From a virus (lineage: Duplodnaviria > Caudoviricetes), in the IMG/VR virus record IMGVR_UViG_3300023174_003901, positions 64,001 through 128,000 of that record: a DNA stretch of 64,000 bases; one strand, written 5' to 3'. The notes below the pieces were generated by a model, which was given only the letters and a program-made list of their open reading frames with translations, was not told the origin of the DNA and ran no database searches. How positions within the stretch are numbered: position 1 is the stretch's first letter; the number at the start of each line of letters is the position of its first letter. This document shows positions 43,630 to 52,966 of the stretch, piece after piece. A program made the translations under genes and the position numbers.

Positions 43630-45273
43630 TCATGCTTGGCTAATCAGCCATTCTGAGAAAGTTTCTGTGCTATGATCTATGCTTTGTATTTTTGGTATGG
43701 TCAATTTCTTGAATATTAAATTTTTATATGCAATCATTCTTTGCATTTTTTTCTTATCTAATGCATGCCAGTCAACCTGGGGGTTCGTTTTGTTAAAACT
43801 GGTTGATAAATCAACTCCTAGCCCTGCTATGCTAAATGCCGCAAGCCCACTGACATTATTTCGTATGGTTTGAGATTTTTGTTGTATGTCCTCTACCATT
43901 TTTTGAATTTCCAATCGATCAGTATGCTCATTTTTCCAAATCAACTGACCTTGCTCATTTCTATTTTGAGTATAAATTGATCCGCGACTTTCGTCGTTGC
44001 CTATCACACTATAGCCATATTTGGAATAGTTCTTGTCAAGATCACTGAGGAAGTCGTTAGAGTAGGTTTGATTATTTGGCCTGATACTCAGTGCTTGAAC
44101 TATCCAAGAGTCCAATGGGTTTTTGTCACTCATTAAAAAATCTGTAGTTTCTTGCAAACTGCTCAATGATTCGTGTGGCAATCCGTATATAAAAGACCCG
44201 TGCAAATTTACATGATTTCCGTATTGTTGTTTTATTTTTCGAACAGTATCAAACAAACGAGTACGATCGCCTCCTTTGCCAATGGCACTAGCGGTCTTGG
44301 GGTTAAGAGTTTCGATTCCAAAAAATGCTGAACGTAGGCCGCTTTCAAACAACCACTCAACAGTTTCTGGGTGTGCTGTCAACAAATCCAGTCTGATATA
44401 TCCCCACCACTCTAACTTAAATGGCAATCTCTTGCTCATGTCATAAATCATCTGACATTTTTCAGGACTGTCGTTCACAGTGTCATCACAAAAAATATAT
44501 CTTGTGATTCCAAATCGTTCATAGTTGTCGACCAATTCTGCATAGATGTAATCCATGTTCCGTATAAAATCCAATTTTTTCTTTCCATTCATTGGATAGG
44601 AACAGAATGCACATTTAAAAATACAACCACGTGCAACTTCTAACAGCAAGGTTTCTCCGGGCAGAATTGCATCATGATCTTCGTAACGCATCTGGCATTC
44701 GTTAAAATCATAAGTCTCTGCTCGGCTATCATTGATTATAATAGACCCGTGTACGCTTTTGTGTGCTTTTTGTAAATCTATGTTTGTGTCACAAAGATGC
44801 TGTGCTAGATTAACTATTGATGTTTCTGAGTATCCGATACACTGATAATCAAAAATTTTGTTGTATTCAACATCTCTAGCAGTAGGACCACCTAGAGTTA
44901 GTTTACAGTTGGGATTGCAGTCACGGATTAGATTTTTGATAATCTCATTGTATTGAGGGCCATGTGGTAATATACAACCGGGCGCAATGTTTTGTAAAAT
45001 CACACCCCCGTTCTCAGACCTGTTTGGATTTGCAATATCAGCATAAAAGAAGTTGTTAACTCCTACAAACAGAGTTTTGTCTGAAATAAGGTTACGCAAT
45101 ATGTGACAAATTTCCTCAACAGTAAACACACTGAGATGATGTAGAACTGCGACTTGAAACCCTTGACTTCTCAAGGCCTGGGCAACTTTATAAGGTCCCA
45201 GGGTCTTGCTCAAAGTAATTACATCAGTCTTGTCAGACAGTAAAATTACATTGGGAAAATTTTTGTCAAACAT
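43630..45273 (-). CDS. B12-binding-domain radical SAM protein
   Basis: EVARGCIFKCAFC; FCDD; FFGIE. Confidence 0.8.
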   Translation of the reverse strand: MFDKNFPNVILLSDKTDVITLSKTLGPYKVAQALRSQGFQVAVLHHLSVFTVEEICHILRNLISDKTLFVGVNNFFYADIANPNRSENGGVILQNIAPGCILPHGPQYNEIIKNLIRDCNPNCKLTLGGPTARDVEYNKIFDYQCIGYSETSIVNLAQHLCDTNIDLQKAHKSVHGSIIINDSRAETYDFNECQMRYEDHDAILPGETLLLEVARGCIFKCAFCSYPMNGKKKLDFIRNMDYIYAELVDNYERFGITRYIFCDDTVNDSPEKCQMIYDMSKRLPFKLEWWGYIRLDLLTAHPETVEWLFESGLRSAFFGIETLNPKTASAIGKGGDRTRLFDTVRKIKQQYGNHVNLHGSFIYGLPHESLSSLQETTDFLMSDKNPLDSWIVQALSIRPNNQTYSNDFLSDLDKNYSKYGYSVIGNDESRGSIYTQNRNEQGQLIWKNEHTDRLEIQKMVEDIQQKSQTIRNNVSGLAAFSIAGLGVDLSTSFNKTNPQVDWHALDKKKMQRMIAYKNLIFKKLTIPKIQSIDHSTETFSEWLISQA

Positions 45274-45323
45274 TGGTTGCCTTGATCATATCATGCTATT
45301 ATAGCAACAAGTATCAATCAATG

Positions 45324-45830
45324 TCAACTATTCAAAACCTTGGCAACTGAGTTCATTACTGCGGCAATACGGCCAATGTCACGAAGTTGTTCTACAGTGT
45401 AGCCTTCTGTCTTGAGTGTTTCATAATGTGACCGAACACAAAAGTGACACTTGCCCACAATGCTTGCTGCCAAACTGAATGCTTCAAAGTTACTCTTGGT
45501 AGTTCCGCCATGTGACGCAATAGCGTTCATGCGTAACTGTGCTGGCAATCCTGTTAGGTTAGGATCATCAGCCATTTCAACGTAGGGGTACCATACATTG
45601 TTCTGTGACATAATACTTGCGGCTGTCATTGCTGACTCTGCATGTACTGGCGCATCTGCTAATAGGATACTCAGTACCTTCCCGTTGCCAGTTGCAGCCA
45701 GTGCGGCCACAGCACAACCCATGGCCACATCTGCATCCAAAGTGCTACGTACAAGAACAGCATCAAGATTTAACTTGGTGTCCTTGGCGTAGTCTGGCAA
45801 CGCTGATTTAACTGCGTCGATAAATGCCAT
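45324..45830 (-). CDS. ahpD: Alkyl hydroperoxide reductase AhpD
   Basis: NNVWY..KCHFCVRSH (CxxC); adjacent to ahpC. Confidence 0.9.
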   Translation of the reverse strand: MAFIDAVKSALPDYAKDTKLNLDAVLVRSTLDADVAMGCAVAALAATGNGKVLSILLADAPVHAESAMTAASIMSQNNVWYPYVEMADDPNLTGLPAQLRMNAIASHGGTTKSNFEAFSLAASIVGKCHFCVRSHYETLKTEGYTVEQLRDIGRIAAVMNSVAKVLNS

Positions 45831-46390
45831 TATAGTGTCTCTCCGCCCACTGTGCGGTTACAAGCACACAGTTCGCCAGTTTGCAATGCGTCTAATACAC
45901 GCAGAGTTTCTTCTGGGCTACGACCCACGTTCAAGTTGTTGACAGTGACATGTTGGATGACGTTGTCTGGATCCACAATGAATGTGGCACGAAGTGCGGC
46001 ACCTGCTGGAGCATAGAATACGCCCAACTGTTCAATAAGGCTTACGCTACCACGCTCTTCGCCGGGTTGGTGACGAGCAGTGTCAGCAAACTGATGATGT
46101 GTGATCTTACGCAAATCATCGTGACTCTTTTGCCATGCTACCTTGCAAAACTCGTTGTCTGTTGAGCCTGTTAGCAATACTGCATCACGATCAGCAAAGT
46201 CTTGTGCCAACTTGTCGTAGGCTACGATTTCTGTAGGGCAAACAAATGTAAAGTCCTTTGGATAGTAAACAATCACTTTCCACTTGCCTTCAAACGATTT
46301 TTCTGTAATCGTATAGAAAGCGTCTTCTGGTTGTCCAGGTTTGACGCCTGTTACTGCAAATTTTTCTAACTTATCGCCAACTGTTAACAT
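45830..46390 (-). CDS. ahpC: Peroxiredoxin AhpC
   Basis: YPKDFTFVCPTE; GRSPEETLR; LCAC. Confidence 0.95.
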   Translation of the reverse strand: MLTVGDKLEKFAVTGVKPGQPEDAFYTITEKSFEGKWKVIVYYPKDFTFVCPTEIVAYDKLAQDFADRDAVLLTGSTDNEFCKVAWQKSHDDLRKITHHQFADTARHQPGEERGSVSLIEQLGVFYAPAGAALRATFIVDPDNVIQHVTVNNLNVGRSPEETLRVLDALQTGELCACNRTVGGETL

Positions 46391-46518
46391 ATTTTCTCCT
46401 TGATTAAATGAAACTCAGTATTTGTACTGAGCGTTTATTATAGTAGTATATATCAATGAAGTCAAGCAAAAACAAGATTTTTGCTATTGTTTGTGTCAAT
46501 GCCAGCAATAGAAAATTT

Positions 46519-46998
46519 CTAATCTTCGGCCTCTAGCACAATCCAGCCCAAACGAAATAAGTCTTCACGGATTTGATCTGTTACTGTGCCTTCTGGCACA
46601 TGTCCTAAGTCCACCCAATCATCATCAGGTTCGCCTTGTATGCCCGAGCAGTACCACTCGACATAGTCGCCTTCTTCACGCATGTCGGCAACAATACCCC
46701 CGGCATGACGCCAACTACAACCCCATGTTTTATTTTCAAGCCTGGGCCATACTTCGTTTTTTTGAAAATCATTGTTGCACAAGGCCGCATACAAGTTTTG
46801 AGCGTAGGTCTTGGTACTTTTGGCACTGTCACAGATCCATTTGGTACTACGCAAATCCCATTCCAAGTTGTCTTTCTGCCATTCAGGGTTGGCCAAGTTC
46901 TTGCGATCTTGGTTGCGTATGGATTCCAACACCTCGGCCAACTCATCACGAGAGTGTTGAAATGTGTGTCGTTGGGGACTGGAATTTACTTTAGTCAT
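46519..46998 (-). CDS. Hypothetical protein
   Basis: Start MTKVNSS right after tRNA-Ile2. Confidence 0.65.
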   Translation of the reverse strand: MTKVNSSPQRHTFQHSRDELAEVLESIRNQDRKNLANPEWQKDNLEWDLRSTKWICDSAKSTKTYAQNLYAALCNNDFQKNEVWPRLENKTWGCSWRHAGGIVADMREEGDYVEWYCSGIQGEPDDDWVDLGHVPEGTVTDQIREDLFRLGWIVLEAED

Positions 46999-47009
46999 GA
47001 TATTAAAAA

Positions 47010-47086
47010 TGGTGCGCCCAACAGGACTCGAACCTGTGACCAATCGATTATGAGTCGACTGTTCTAACCAACTGAACTATAGGCGC
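47010..47086 (-). tRNA. tRNA-Ile2(CAU, lysidine type) likely
   Basis: ileX-like body (UAGUUCAGUUGGUUAGAACA..CUCAUAAU), CCA. Confidence 0.85.
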
Positions 47087-47118
47087 ATTTGTTTATTATA
47101 ACAAAAAAATATTTAGTG

Positions 47119-47427
47119 TCAAGCCTGTATCCACTTGACCCTATCTCTTAATTCGATGCTTTCAGCACCATCGTATTCATTCACCCGAAAAAAAGTACCT
47201 TCAGGAATCCACTCTATTTTCAATCCCACTATACCACCATCATAGATGCCGGGGTACTTGAGAGTGACATACATCTCTAGTTCTTCATCTTGATTTTTTT
47301 CTACGAATTCAACAATGGCAGGATCAAACAAGATTCCAGGATGCTTGGGATTCCAAGTTGACCAGCCCCCGCCGTATTCGGGCGAGTAAATTACTGCTAC
47401 CCGACCGTCACGGATCAATTTGTTCAC
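47119..47427 (-). CDS. Hypothetical protein
   Basis: 102-aa ORF. Confidence 0.65.
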   Translation of the reverse strand: MNKLIRDGRVAVIYSPEYGGGWSTWNPKHPGILFDPAIVEFVEKNQDEELEMYVTLKYPGIYDGGIVGLKIEWIPEGTFFRVNEYDGAESIELRDRVKWIQA

Positions 47428-47711
47428 TTCAAGTCGCCTTTAAGGGTGTGCCAAACAACAGGATCACAGTTGAGATAGATTCGATATTTTACATTGTTGC
47501 GCCAACGTGTAAATTCGTTTATCTTGCGCTCTACAAAGTTAAACATTGAATCACGAAACCAAAACGGATTCAAGATGGCCGCAATCATGGCAATGGCTAA
47601 GGGCGGCATGAGAACGGCCACAGTGACCCAGTGGAAGGTCATGGCACGATAGAATCGGCCACCTGTGGGTGTGAGTGTTATTTCTTTGTTCATCGCTGTA
47701 CCTTTTGACAT
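47424..47711 (-). CDS. Hypothetical membrane protein
   Basis: One hydrophobic segment. Confidence 0.6.
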   Translation of the reverse strand: MSKGTAMNKEITLTPTGGRFYRAMTFHWVTVAVLMPPLAIAMIAAILNPFWFRDSMFNFVERKINEFTRWRNNVKYRIYLNCDPVVWHTLKGDLK

Positions 47712-47887
47712 TCAAAAACGCCGGGAAACATCTTGTTCTCCCGTACCAACTTGTCCATGTATACAACCATGGAAGTCTTGGTCTTTTCACAGTCCTCTAG
47801 TTCTCTAAACTGACTCATGCGTTCTATGTGAAAGCCTGGAACCCCGGCCTTGGTCACAATCAAAAATGTAAATATTAGTTCGTACAT
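47690..47887 (-). CDS. Hypothetical protein
   Basis: 65-aa coupled ORF. Confidence 0.55.
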   Translation of the reverse strand: MYELIFTFLIVTKAGVPGFHIERMSQFRELEDCEKTKTSMVVYMDKLVRENKMFPGVFECQKVQR

Positions 47888-48111
47888 GGTTCATATCCTA
47901 AGTTCGTTGCGTATTCTCGAACAGACGGCGCCCCGTTCAACCCATCTTCATCTGTGAACACCGGATCGCTGGCATGCATATACCCATCCAGGAATGAGAT
48001 AAACCAAGCGGGTTCACCATAACTCACACAAGGTGTGGCCTGCCCTACTCGCCTGCCATTCACATAAGGTGGCCGATCGATACTGACGAGATACTGACTA
48101 ATCTGATTCAC
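47875..48111 (-). CDS. Hypothetical protein
   Basis: 78-aa coupled ORF. Confidence 0.55.
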   Translation of the reverse strand: MNQISQYLVSIDRPPYVNGRRVGQATPCVSYGEPAWFISFLDGYMHASDPVFTDEDGLNGAPSVREYATNLGYEPCTN

Positions 48112-48332
48112 GATTCAACCTCGTAGTTCTTTTTGATGTGCTTGGCAATGGTGTAGCCTTGTCCCAGTGTAAGTCCATCAAAGCGATAGGCAGTATCGGC
48201 ACAGTCGCGGATCAACAATTCAGCAAAGTGTTTCACAAACTTTTCCAAGTCTTCGGGCGTCATGGTGCTCCAAGTTTCCTTGAACTTGTCGTCCAGTGTC
48301 TGTCCCATTAGTTGTTTGATACGCTTGTTCAC
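48108..48332 (-). CDS. Hypothetical protein
   Basis: GTGA-coupled start. Confidence 0.55.
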   Translation of the reverse strand: MNKRIKQLMGQTLDDKFKETWSTMTPEDLEKFVKHFAELLIRDCADTAYRFDGLTLGQGYTIAKHIKKNYEVES

Positions 48333-48532
48333 TGCGATCTCCGCTTCATCCATGTGTAGTCTACTCCGTCTGGACACTTGCCATTTCGAATGCTATCAGC
48401 GCCAAACACACCCACAATCTCCATACCGTTGCCTGTGATAGTAACAAACTCACCCAACGCCCGGGCATACGCCATGGCCTGATCCAAAGATTCAAAATCT
48501 TGTTGTTGAGTGGGGCTTGCTACATTATACAT
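48329..48532 (-). CDS. Hypothetical protein
   Basis: 67-aa ORF. Confidence 0.6.
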   Translation of the reverse strand: MYNVASPTQQQDFESLDQAMAYARALGEFVTITGNGMEIVGVFGADSIRNGKCPDGVDYTWMKRRSQ

Positions 48533-48715
48533 TTAATCCATTAGACTGTAAAGTCTATCTTCCCAATAAAATTCATAACTTTGGCATTGTTCGGCAACTT
48601 TGCCCACAAGGCTGGCACGTTGTAGATAAGTTCTACTTGTTTTTGCCGCTTCTAATTTGGCAATCAGCGCATCAATGTCTGCATTCATACGCTCGTCAAG
48701 TGGTGATAGTCTCAT
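48533..48715 (-). CDS. Hypothetical protein
   Basis: 60-aa ORF, AAGGA RBS. Confidence 0.6.
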   Translation of the reverse strand: MRLSPLDERMNADIDALIAKLEAAKTSRTYLQRASLVGKVAEQCQSYEFYWEDRLYSLMD

Positions 48716-48724
48716 ATGATTTCC

Positions 48725-49072
48725 TTAATCTAAACGGCTACCAGCGTAGGCAGTAAAGCCGTATCGCTTAAACACATCAGCCGCCGCTTGGGCACCTGCT
48801 TCCAGGGTGTCTACGTTTTGCACGTACATATTGGCTGGGTTCCAAATTTGGAATGCTCCAGTATGGCTCTTGCTCACGCCTGCTTCTTTGAGAGCACGGC
48901 CCAGTTTGGTATTGCCCTTGACACCAAAGATGTCAACCCAGGCAAAGCCACAGGCAAACTGATCTCGTCCGCCAAGTTTTTCCTGGAAGAAACGTTCAGC
49001 GGCCTCACGAGCGGCTGACTTGGCTTCGGCTACGATTGTGTCTACTTTGACACCGTTTACTGTTACTGTCAT
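48725..49072 (-). CDS. Hypothetical early protein
   Basis: 115-aa ORF, GGAG RBS, sigma70 promoter. Confidence 0.7.
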   Translation of the reverse strand: MTVTVNGVKVDTIVAEAKSAAREAAERFFQEKLGGRDQFACGFAWVDIFGVKGNTKLGRALKEAGVSKSHTGAFQIWNPANMYVQNVDTLEAGAQAAADVFKRYGFTAYAGSRLD

Positions 49073-49101
49073 GGAGGGCTCCTTTTAGTTTCTATACAAG
49101 T

Positions 49102-49130
49102 ATTATAGCAAAATGGGAATTATTGGTCAA
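49102..49130 (-). promoter_or_regulatory. sigma70-like promoter
   Basis: TTGACC-N17-TATAAT. Confidence 0.8.
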
Positions 49131-49467
49131 CCGTTTTTGTACGCACGTCGGTGTTGAGTGCAGGTGTATACTTTCGTATTAGTTCACGCTCTAGGGTGTG
49201 TGCTTGGGTCTTGCCACGCACAATGTCAACGATCGCAAAGTTCACAGCCGACTCACCAGCGGCGCGAATTGCTTCATACAGGCGCCAAGATTTGTCTTCT
49301 GTGCGTGAGCGATAGATGTGCTTGTTGATGCGTGAACGCAGGCTCATTGTGATGGTGCGTTGAGTTTTTGCTGTAACACCAATGTAGTACTCCAGGCCAA
49401 TTTGGATGAAGTAAACAATGTGTGTACGGTCCACTCGTTTTTTGCGTGATTGCTTTTTAAGTTCCAT
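49120..49467 (-). CDS. GIY-YIG-like nuclease domain protein
   Basis: IVY..YYIGVT..R...H..LE...I..LN. Confidence 0.55.
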   Translation of the reverse strand: MELKKQSRKKRVDRTHIVYFIQIGLEYYIGVTAKTQRTITMSLRSRINKHIYRSRTEDKSWRLYEAIRAAGESAVNFAIVDIVRGKTQAHTLERELIRKYTPALNTDVRTKTVDQ

Positions 49468-49473
49468 ACATGT

Positions 49474-49502
49474 ATTATAACCGAAATTGCTTTTTTGGTC
49501 AA
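49474..49502 (-). promoter_or_regulatory. sigma70-like promoter
   Basis: TTGACC-N17-TATAAT. Confidence 0.8.
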
Positions 49503-49562
49503 CCAAAATCAAGTACTACAAAAGTACTACTTTTTGCGGGTTACAAAAGTAGTACTTTGGGT

Positions 49563-49922
49563 TTAACTGTAATTTTCCAGGAATCGGCTCAAGTCCCCGT
49601 ACAAGTTGGCCAGCAAGGCCTCGCGACTGCCGTAGAATTCAATCCAGGGCTTGCGTCGATCGGCTTTGAGAAAATATGGATCATGCAGTCGTTGGTCCAA
49701 CATGACCAACAGTCGGGGTGTGAGTTTGTCTGGGTTGATGTCAAAGTGATAACTCTCTACACCCAATTGTTTCATAACTGCATAACCTTCTGCAGTCAAT
49801 CGTAGACCGGAACCATCTCTAATGTTCTGCCACCAGTCACGCATGGCCGAACGGATGCCAGGACGGTCATCAGGCTTGAGTTGTGCAATTACGGCTTGAG
49901 TGATGGCAAGTTTATCTCGCAT
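49563..49922 (-). CDS. Hypothetical protein
   Basis: ORF, start uncertain. Confidence 0.6.
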   Translation of the reverse strand: MRDKLAITQAVIAQLKPDDRPGIRSAMRDWWQNIRDGSGLRLTAEGYAVMKQLGVESYHFDINPDKLTPRLLVMLDQRLHDPYFLKADRRKPWIEFYGSREALLANLYGDLSRFLENYS

Positions 49923-50208
49923 TGGGATAGATCTTATCCCCACTCTTTAACAACACCACAGTGAACTTGTCGGTCTTGAATTGTACATTGAGTTTGCGAG
50001 CCAAGTTGATGGCATGACCACTGTTGCTGAAACTGACCTTTTTGTACTTGGGGCCAGGATACTGAGTCAACAGATTGGCAGTTTTGAGATTGATAGGCTG
50101 GTTGTCAAAGAACACCGCCCAGATGCCTTCGGCCGCAAGTACCTGTTCCGTCTTGTAGGTCTGCTTGTTTGTGTGCTCAATCAGCACTTGTGGCTTGGGT
50201 CTGCTCAT
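49912..50208 (-). CDS. Hypothetical protein
   Basis: 98-aa ORF, TAAATA and GGAG upstream. Confidence 0.7.
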   Translation of the reverse strand: MSRPKPQVLIEHTNKQTYKTEQVLAAEGIWAVFFDNQPINLKTANLLTQYPGPKYKKVSFSNSGHAINLARKLNVQFKTDKFTVVLLKSGDKIYPNAR

Positions 50209-50251
50209 TCATTAAACTCCTACATTTATTTATCTCAAAATATACGTAGTT

Positions 50252-50461
50252 TTAGAAGTCTTTGCCGGCCACTTCCACTGTGATTATGGACTCCTGTTGT
50301 AGAGCCTGAACTTGAGACTGTAAGTTAGTGACAACCAACAACAATTTGGTTATATCAGCATGTAGATCTTTGGCATCTCGCATGGGGCACATGAAGTCCT
50401 TGGCATTGCGACTTTCGTGTGCTTTGATGTTGTCTATGAATCGGTTTATGTGTAGACTCAT
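50252..50461 (-). CDS. Hypothetical protein
   Basis: 69-aa coupled ORF. Confidence 0.6.
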   Translation of the reverse strand: MSLHINRFIDNIKAHESRNAKDFMCPMRDAKDLHADITKLLLVVTNLQSQVQALQQESIITVEVAGKDF

Positions 50462-50826
50462 TGCCGCTTCAAGAAAGGTTTCAAATCAGGTGGTTCCCAG
50501 CCCAAAGGCTTGAGTACCTTGCCATCTTCACGCTTGCGAACCTTGCCTGTTTCGTGATCAATCTTGGCAAAGTTGGTCTTCATGACTTCCTTCCACGCAC
50601 CTTCTGCATCAAACCCTGCTGAGTGTATGGCACCAATGGTCACAACCAAGATATCGATCAGTGCATCCAATGCTTCTACATCATCGTTGGCTGCCAATGC
50701 GGCCACGAGTTCTTTGTGTTCTTCTTCGATGAGATTGCAGTACATATCAAACTGAGCACCTGGTGGCCCATCAACTGTTTGATCACAGGCTCTCATAAAT
50801 TTTTCTTGATCACGGAAGGGGTTCAT
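50458..50826 (-). CDS. MazG-like NTP pyrophosphohydrolase (PRA-PH-like)
   Basis: EEH.EL..DAL.D..V..IG; MKTNFAK; REDGKVLKP. Confidence 0.8.
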   Translation of the reverse strand: MNPFRDQEKFMRACDQTVDGPPGAQFDMYCNLIEEEHKELVAALAANDDVEALDALIDILVVTIGAIHSAGFDAEGAWKEVMKTNFAKIDHETGKVRKREDGKVLKPLGWEPPDLKPFLKRQ

Positions 50827-51268
50827 TACGTGCCTCGTCTTCGGTATGAAAGGGACCTTGGTAAGCATAACGCTCCAGGGTAATAAGTTTGGGACTCTGA
50901 GTCACTGCCCAGGTCTTGCGTTGACGCACTTGATACCAGCCGGCCGCAAACCACGACTTTGATTTGCGTTTCTTGGTAAACAATGGTAAGCCTTGTTGTA
51001 CGTCCCATACAGGGTTGTATACTCGACTGCCCGATGGATAGCCTTGCACTTGATAACTGGCCGGCTCTCGATTGGGCTTGTTGCCAATGGCTTCAAACTC
51101 AATGTTGGCTCGTTGCCGAATCATGTTGATAGTTTTGAAACTGGTAATCTTGTTATCAATCTTTACAGCGTAGCCATCATCAGTGGCCTCTATGTTGCCG
51201 ATCTTGCGATCGTCTTGTTTCAAAATCCAAAACTGATTATCAACTACCGGTTTGGCTACTATGTTCAT
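50810..51268 (-). CDS. Hypothetical protein
   Basis: 152-aa ORF. Confidence 0.65.
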   Translation of the reverse strand: MNIVAKPVVDNQFWILKQDDRKIGNIEATDDGYAVKIDNKITSFKTINMIRQRANIEFEAIGNKPNREPASYQVQGYPSGSRVYNPVWDVQQGLPLFTKKRKSKSWFAAGWYQVRQRKTWAVTQSPKLITLERYAYQGPFHTEDEARNEPLP

Positions 51269-52262
51269 TTAAGCGTCCTTTGTAAGTTTCGTTGAGCCAG
51301 CGAGCATATTGTTCTGCTGACTCTGAAAGTTTGTTCAACTCGTATTTGCCACAAAATTTCATAAATCTGACTCCTACCTGTCCCACGTCCTTGTGACTGA
51401 CGTTCTCATGTATGGCCATGTCCACTTTGTGCTTGATCTCTGCAGGCTGTGCGGTAAGGTCAACCAAGGTACAGTTGCGTTCGTAATCATCTTTCACACG
51501 ATGTTCTAGACCGTTGTGGTCGGACCAACGTTGGAGCATGAGATTGTTCCACGCATACCCTTTATCATTGCGATCCGCGTAGGCTTCACGGAGACCAACT
51601 TTATTCTTTGTGCCTTTCTCACGTACTCCCGGATATGCACTAAAAACATTGTCGGAGGAGTCCCCACGCATACACTTCTCAAATAACAGCCAGGCTGGGT
51701 CTGGTACCGTTTTTGGCTGTTTAGTTTTTTTATCAATGACCTGTCGACCTTTAGCATCAAAGATTCCTTCCAAGGTATGAAGTTCGTCGGTTATGCCATT
51801 GTACTGGCTGACATTGGGAGCAAGCAATTGTATGAAATCTGTGTCTGAACTGATAATGTAGTGTTCGTCCAGTGGGTGCAATGCAATCCAGCGAGCAATC
51901 ACATCATCTGCTTCAGCCTCTGGGTGACGTATCACGCTACAGTTTGTGTTGTCACTCAAGTATTTAGTCAGGCTATCAAACGTCTCCCAGAACAACTGAT
52001 CTTCTTCTTTTTCAGTTTCTGTCAAAGCCGCACGAGCCACAGCACGATTCTTCTTGTAAGGCTCGTAATAGTCCTTGCGCCACGAGCGTCCTTCCAGTGC
52101 GAATACCACGTGATCTGCTTCAAATTTGCGGTGCACCTTGTTGATACTACTCATTACAATATGCAGAGCATAGCCTACCTTTTCCCAAGGATCTGCGGCT
52201 CGGAAAGCCGAATGACGGGCACGAAAAAATGTGTTAGCAGTATCAATCAGCAAGTATCGCAT
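51240..52262 (-). CDS. 5'-3' exonuclease/flap endonuclease (T4 RNase H-like)
   Basis: LIDTAN, SWRK..Y..YKKNR, EADD, SSDTD, GDSSDN. Confidence 0.88.
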   Translation of the reverse strand: MRYLLIDTANTFFRARHSAFRAADPWEKVGYALHIVMSSINKVHRKFEADHVVFALEGRSWRKDYYEPYKKNRAVARAALTETEKEEDQLFWETFDSLTKYLSDNTNCSVIRHPEAEADDVIARWIALHPLDEHYIISSDTDFIQLLAPNVSQYNGITDELHTLEGIFDAKGRQVIDKKTKQPKTVPDPAWLLFEKCMRGDSSDNVFSAYPGVREKGTKNKVGLREAYADRNDKGYAWNNLMLQRWSDHNGLEHRVKDDYERNCTLVDLTAQPAEIKHKVDMAIHENVSHKDVGQVGVRFMKFCGKYELNKLSESAEQYARWLNETYKGRLNEHSSQTGS

Positions 52263-52264
52263 GT

Positions 52265-52966
52265 TTAAACCAAGTTGTTGTGTTTGATGTAGTTTAACAC
52301 ATGTTCCGCCCAAAAGCAATGGGCAGCCTCACCAAAATGCCAAGAATCCGGGCGTACAGTAGCAAAACCACTGTTTCTTAGTACTCGATCGTAGGTATTG
52401 TCCGGATCATAAGGTGCCATGTAGTTCACACCCCAGTCGTGACGATTTGTCACACCTGAGAAATCCGAATTACCATTAAAGAACACATGCCGAACATGGT
52501 TGAGTCGGAGTTCACGATGAAACTGCCAGATTTCACTGTGTGCGTGTTGTCTACATTCCTGCCAATCAACCTCGGATATAAACCGCCGATATCGATCCTG
52601 TAGATCTATGGGCACATGATCTACGCCACTAGCATTGACTTGATACCAGGTATTATCATGCAACCATTCTTGACGTTCCCAAGTTGACCATTGTATGACG
52701 ACTAGAGTATCTTCAAAACTATCTTGCTGTTGCAACCAGGCTCGGGTGGTGCGCATGATTCGAGCATTGCTGGAGGCACTTTCTGCATCACAATGTAGTA
52801 TGGCTCTGAGATAGTTGGCCAGATCGCAACCCCAACTCACACGCTCGTTATCTGGATGTGGCCTACGTCCTAGCCCATAATACAAGCCATCATCTTCGGC
52901 AAAGGCATATGAGTTAACTGCTTCGGCAGCGGCAGTATGGCTATCACCGTTGACATACAGTATCAA
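52265..52966 (-). CDS. Hypothetical protein, SGNH-like start
   Basis: VNGDSH; DSWH. Confidence 0.5.
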   Translation of the reverse strand: MILYVNGDSHTAAAEAVNSYAFAEDDGLYYGLGRRPHPDNERVSWGCDLANYLRAILHCDAESASSNARIMRTTRAWLQQQDSFEDTLVVIQWSTWERQEWLHDNTWYQVNASGVDHVPIDLQDRYRRFISEVDWQECRQHAHSEIWQFHRELRLNHVRHVFFNGNSDFSGVTNRHDWGVNYMAPYDPDNTYDRVLRNSGFATVRPDSWHFGEAAHCFWAEHVLNYIKHNNLV

